This document shows, piece after piece, positions 6,546-6,860 of a DNA stretch of 6,860 nt (its first letter is position 1; each line of letters opens with the position of its first letter). The position numbers and the translations under genes are program-made. The notes beneath the pieces are model-generated. The model did not search any database. It saw only the letters and a program-made list of their open reading frames with translations, and was not told the origin of the DNA. Source of the DNA: Prasinococcaceae sp. CCMP 1430 (Eukaryota; Plantae; Prasinodermophyta); assembly GCA_013416795.1 (NCBI GenBank), contig RQSC01000905.1, positions 1-6,860 of the forward strand, read 5' to 3'.

Positions 6546-6649
6546 TTGATATCCCTAGCAGAGCCTTCAGTGTGCTGTCAAGGAAATCAAGTATCTGGTG
6601 ATTTGATAATCCCTAGCAGAGCCTTCAGTGTGCTGTCAAGGAGAATCAA
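6546..6649 (+). repeat. Tandem duplicated hairpin module, 34-nt identical core, 58-nt period
   Basis: ATCCCTAGCAGAGCCTTCAGTGTGCTGTCAAGGA at 6551-6584 and 6609-6642, each enclosed by TTGAT...ATCAA. Confidence 0.9.
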
Positions 6650-6682
6650 TTGCCATGTATGTTGTTTGCTCTATATGTGTTC

Positions 6683-6780
6683 AGCTTAATACTCCAAGGA
6701 AAAGAAAATGCTGGAGTTATTAAGGCTTGAGGCTGGATGCCTGACTCAGCTCCAAAGAAAAGAAAAATGGGCTGGAGTTA
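6683..6780 (+). repeat. Twin hairpins with purine-only loop tracts (possible PPTs)
   Basis: CTCCA-AGGAAAAGAAAA-TGCTGGAGTTA (6692-6719) and CTCCA-AAGAAAAGAAAAA-TGGGCTGGAGTTA (6750-6780). Confidence 0.75.
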
Positions 6781-6805
6781 ATATTGCTGGACAAGCAATA
6801 TTTGA

Positions 6806-6860
6806 TCTGCAACCTACTTGGTTTGTAGAGATTCTACTTCCGGTTAGTACAATCCAGAAA
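6806..6860. repeat. 55-nt terminal direct repeat, copy 2
   Basis: Exact copy of 1-55. Confidence 0.95.

Larger units (their letters stand above)
1..6805 (+). mobile_element. Full-length LTR-type retroelement (copia-like RT/RNase H, non-canonical IN-PR-RT-RH Pol, extra 5' ORF), circularly permuted
   Basis: Gag with CCHC knuckle followed by uninterrupted Pol with integrase, protease, RT and RNase H motifs. The sequence closes into a circle via a 55-nt terminal overlap. Confidence 0.9.

Noticed and set aside
6546-6649. CRISPR-like array (34-nt repeat, 24-nt spacer)
   Set aside because: Only two copies, no cas genes, eukaryotic retroelement context, and the spacer itself forms the basal stems.

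Overview
The window is one complete, apparently intact eukaryotic LTR-type retroelement assembled as a circle. Bases 1-55 are repeated exactly at 6806-6860, giving a 6805-bp unit. It carries three + strand ORFs: an orphan 182-aa ORF, gag (one CCHC knuckle), and a 1152-aa pol that is in frame with gag behind a single UGA. The main surprise is the Pol architecture, which reads integrase - aspartic protease - RT - RNase H. That order matches neither Ty1/copia (PR-IN-RT-RH) nor Ty3/gypsy, Bel-Pao or retroviruses (PR-RT-RH-IN). RT and RNase H are clearly copia-type, while IN and PR motifs look gypsy/retropepsin-type, suggesting a chimeric lineage. The ~1.55-kb non-coding region (5941-6805 plus 1-691) is rich in predicted RNA structure, including a tRNA-like cloverleaf with a B-box, a duplicated 34-nt hairpin module and twin purine-loop hairpins. 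LTR ends, PBS and PPT can only be proposed tentatively. All calls are by eye, with no database searches.
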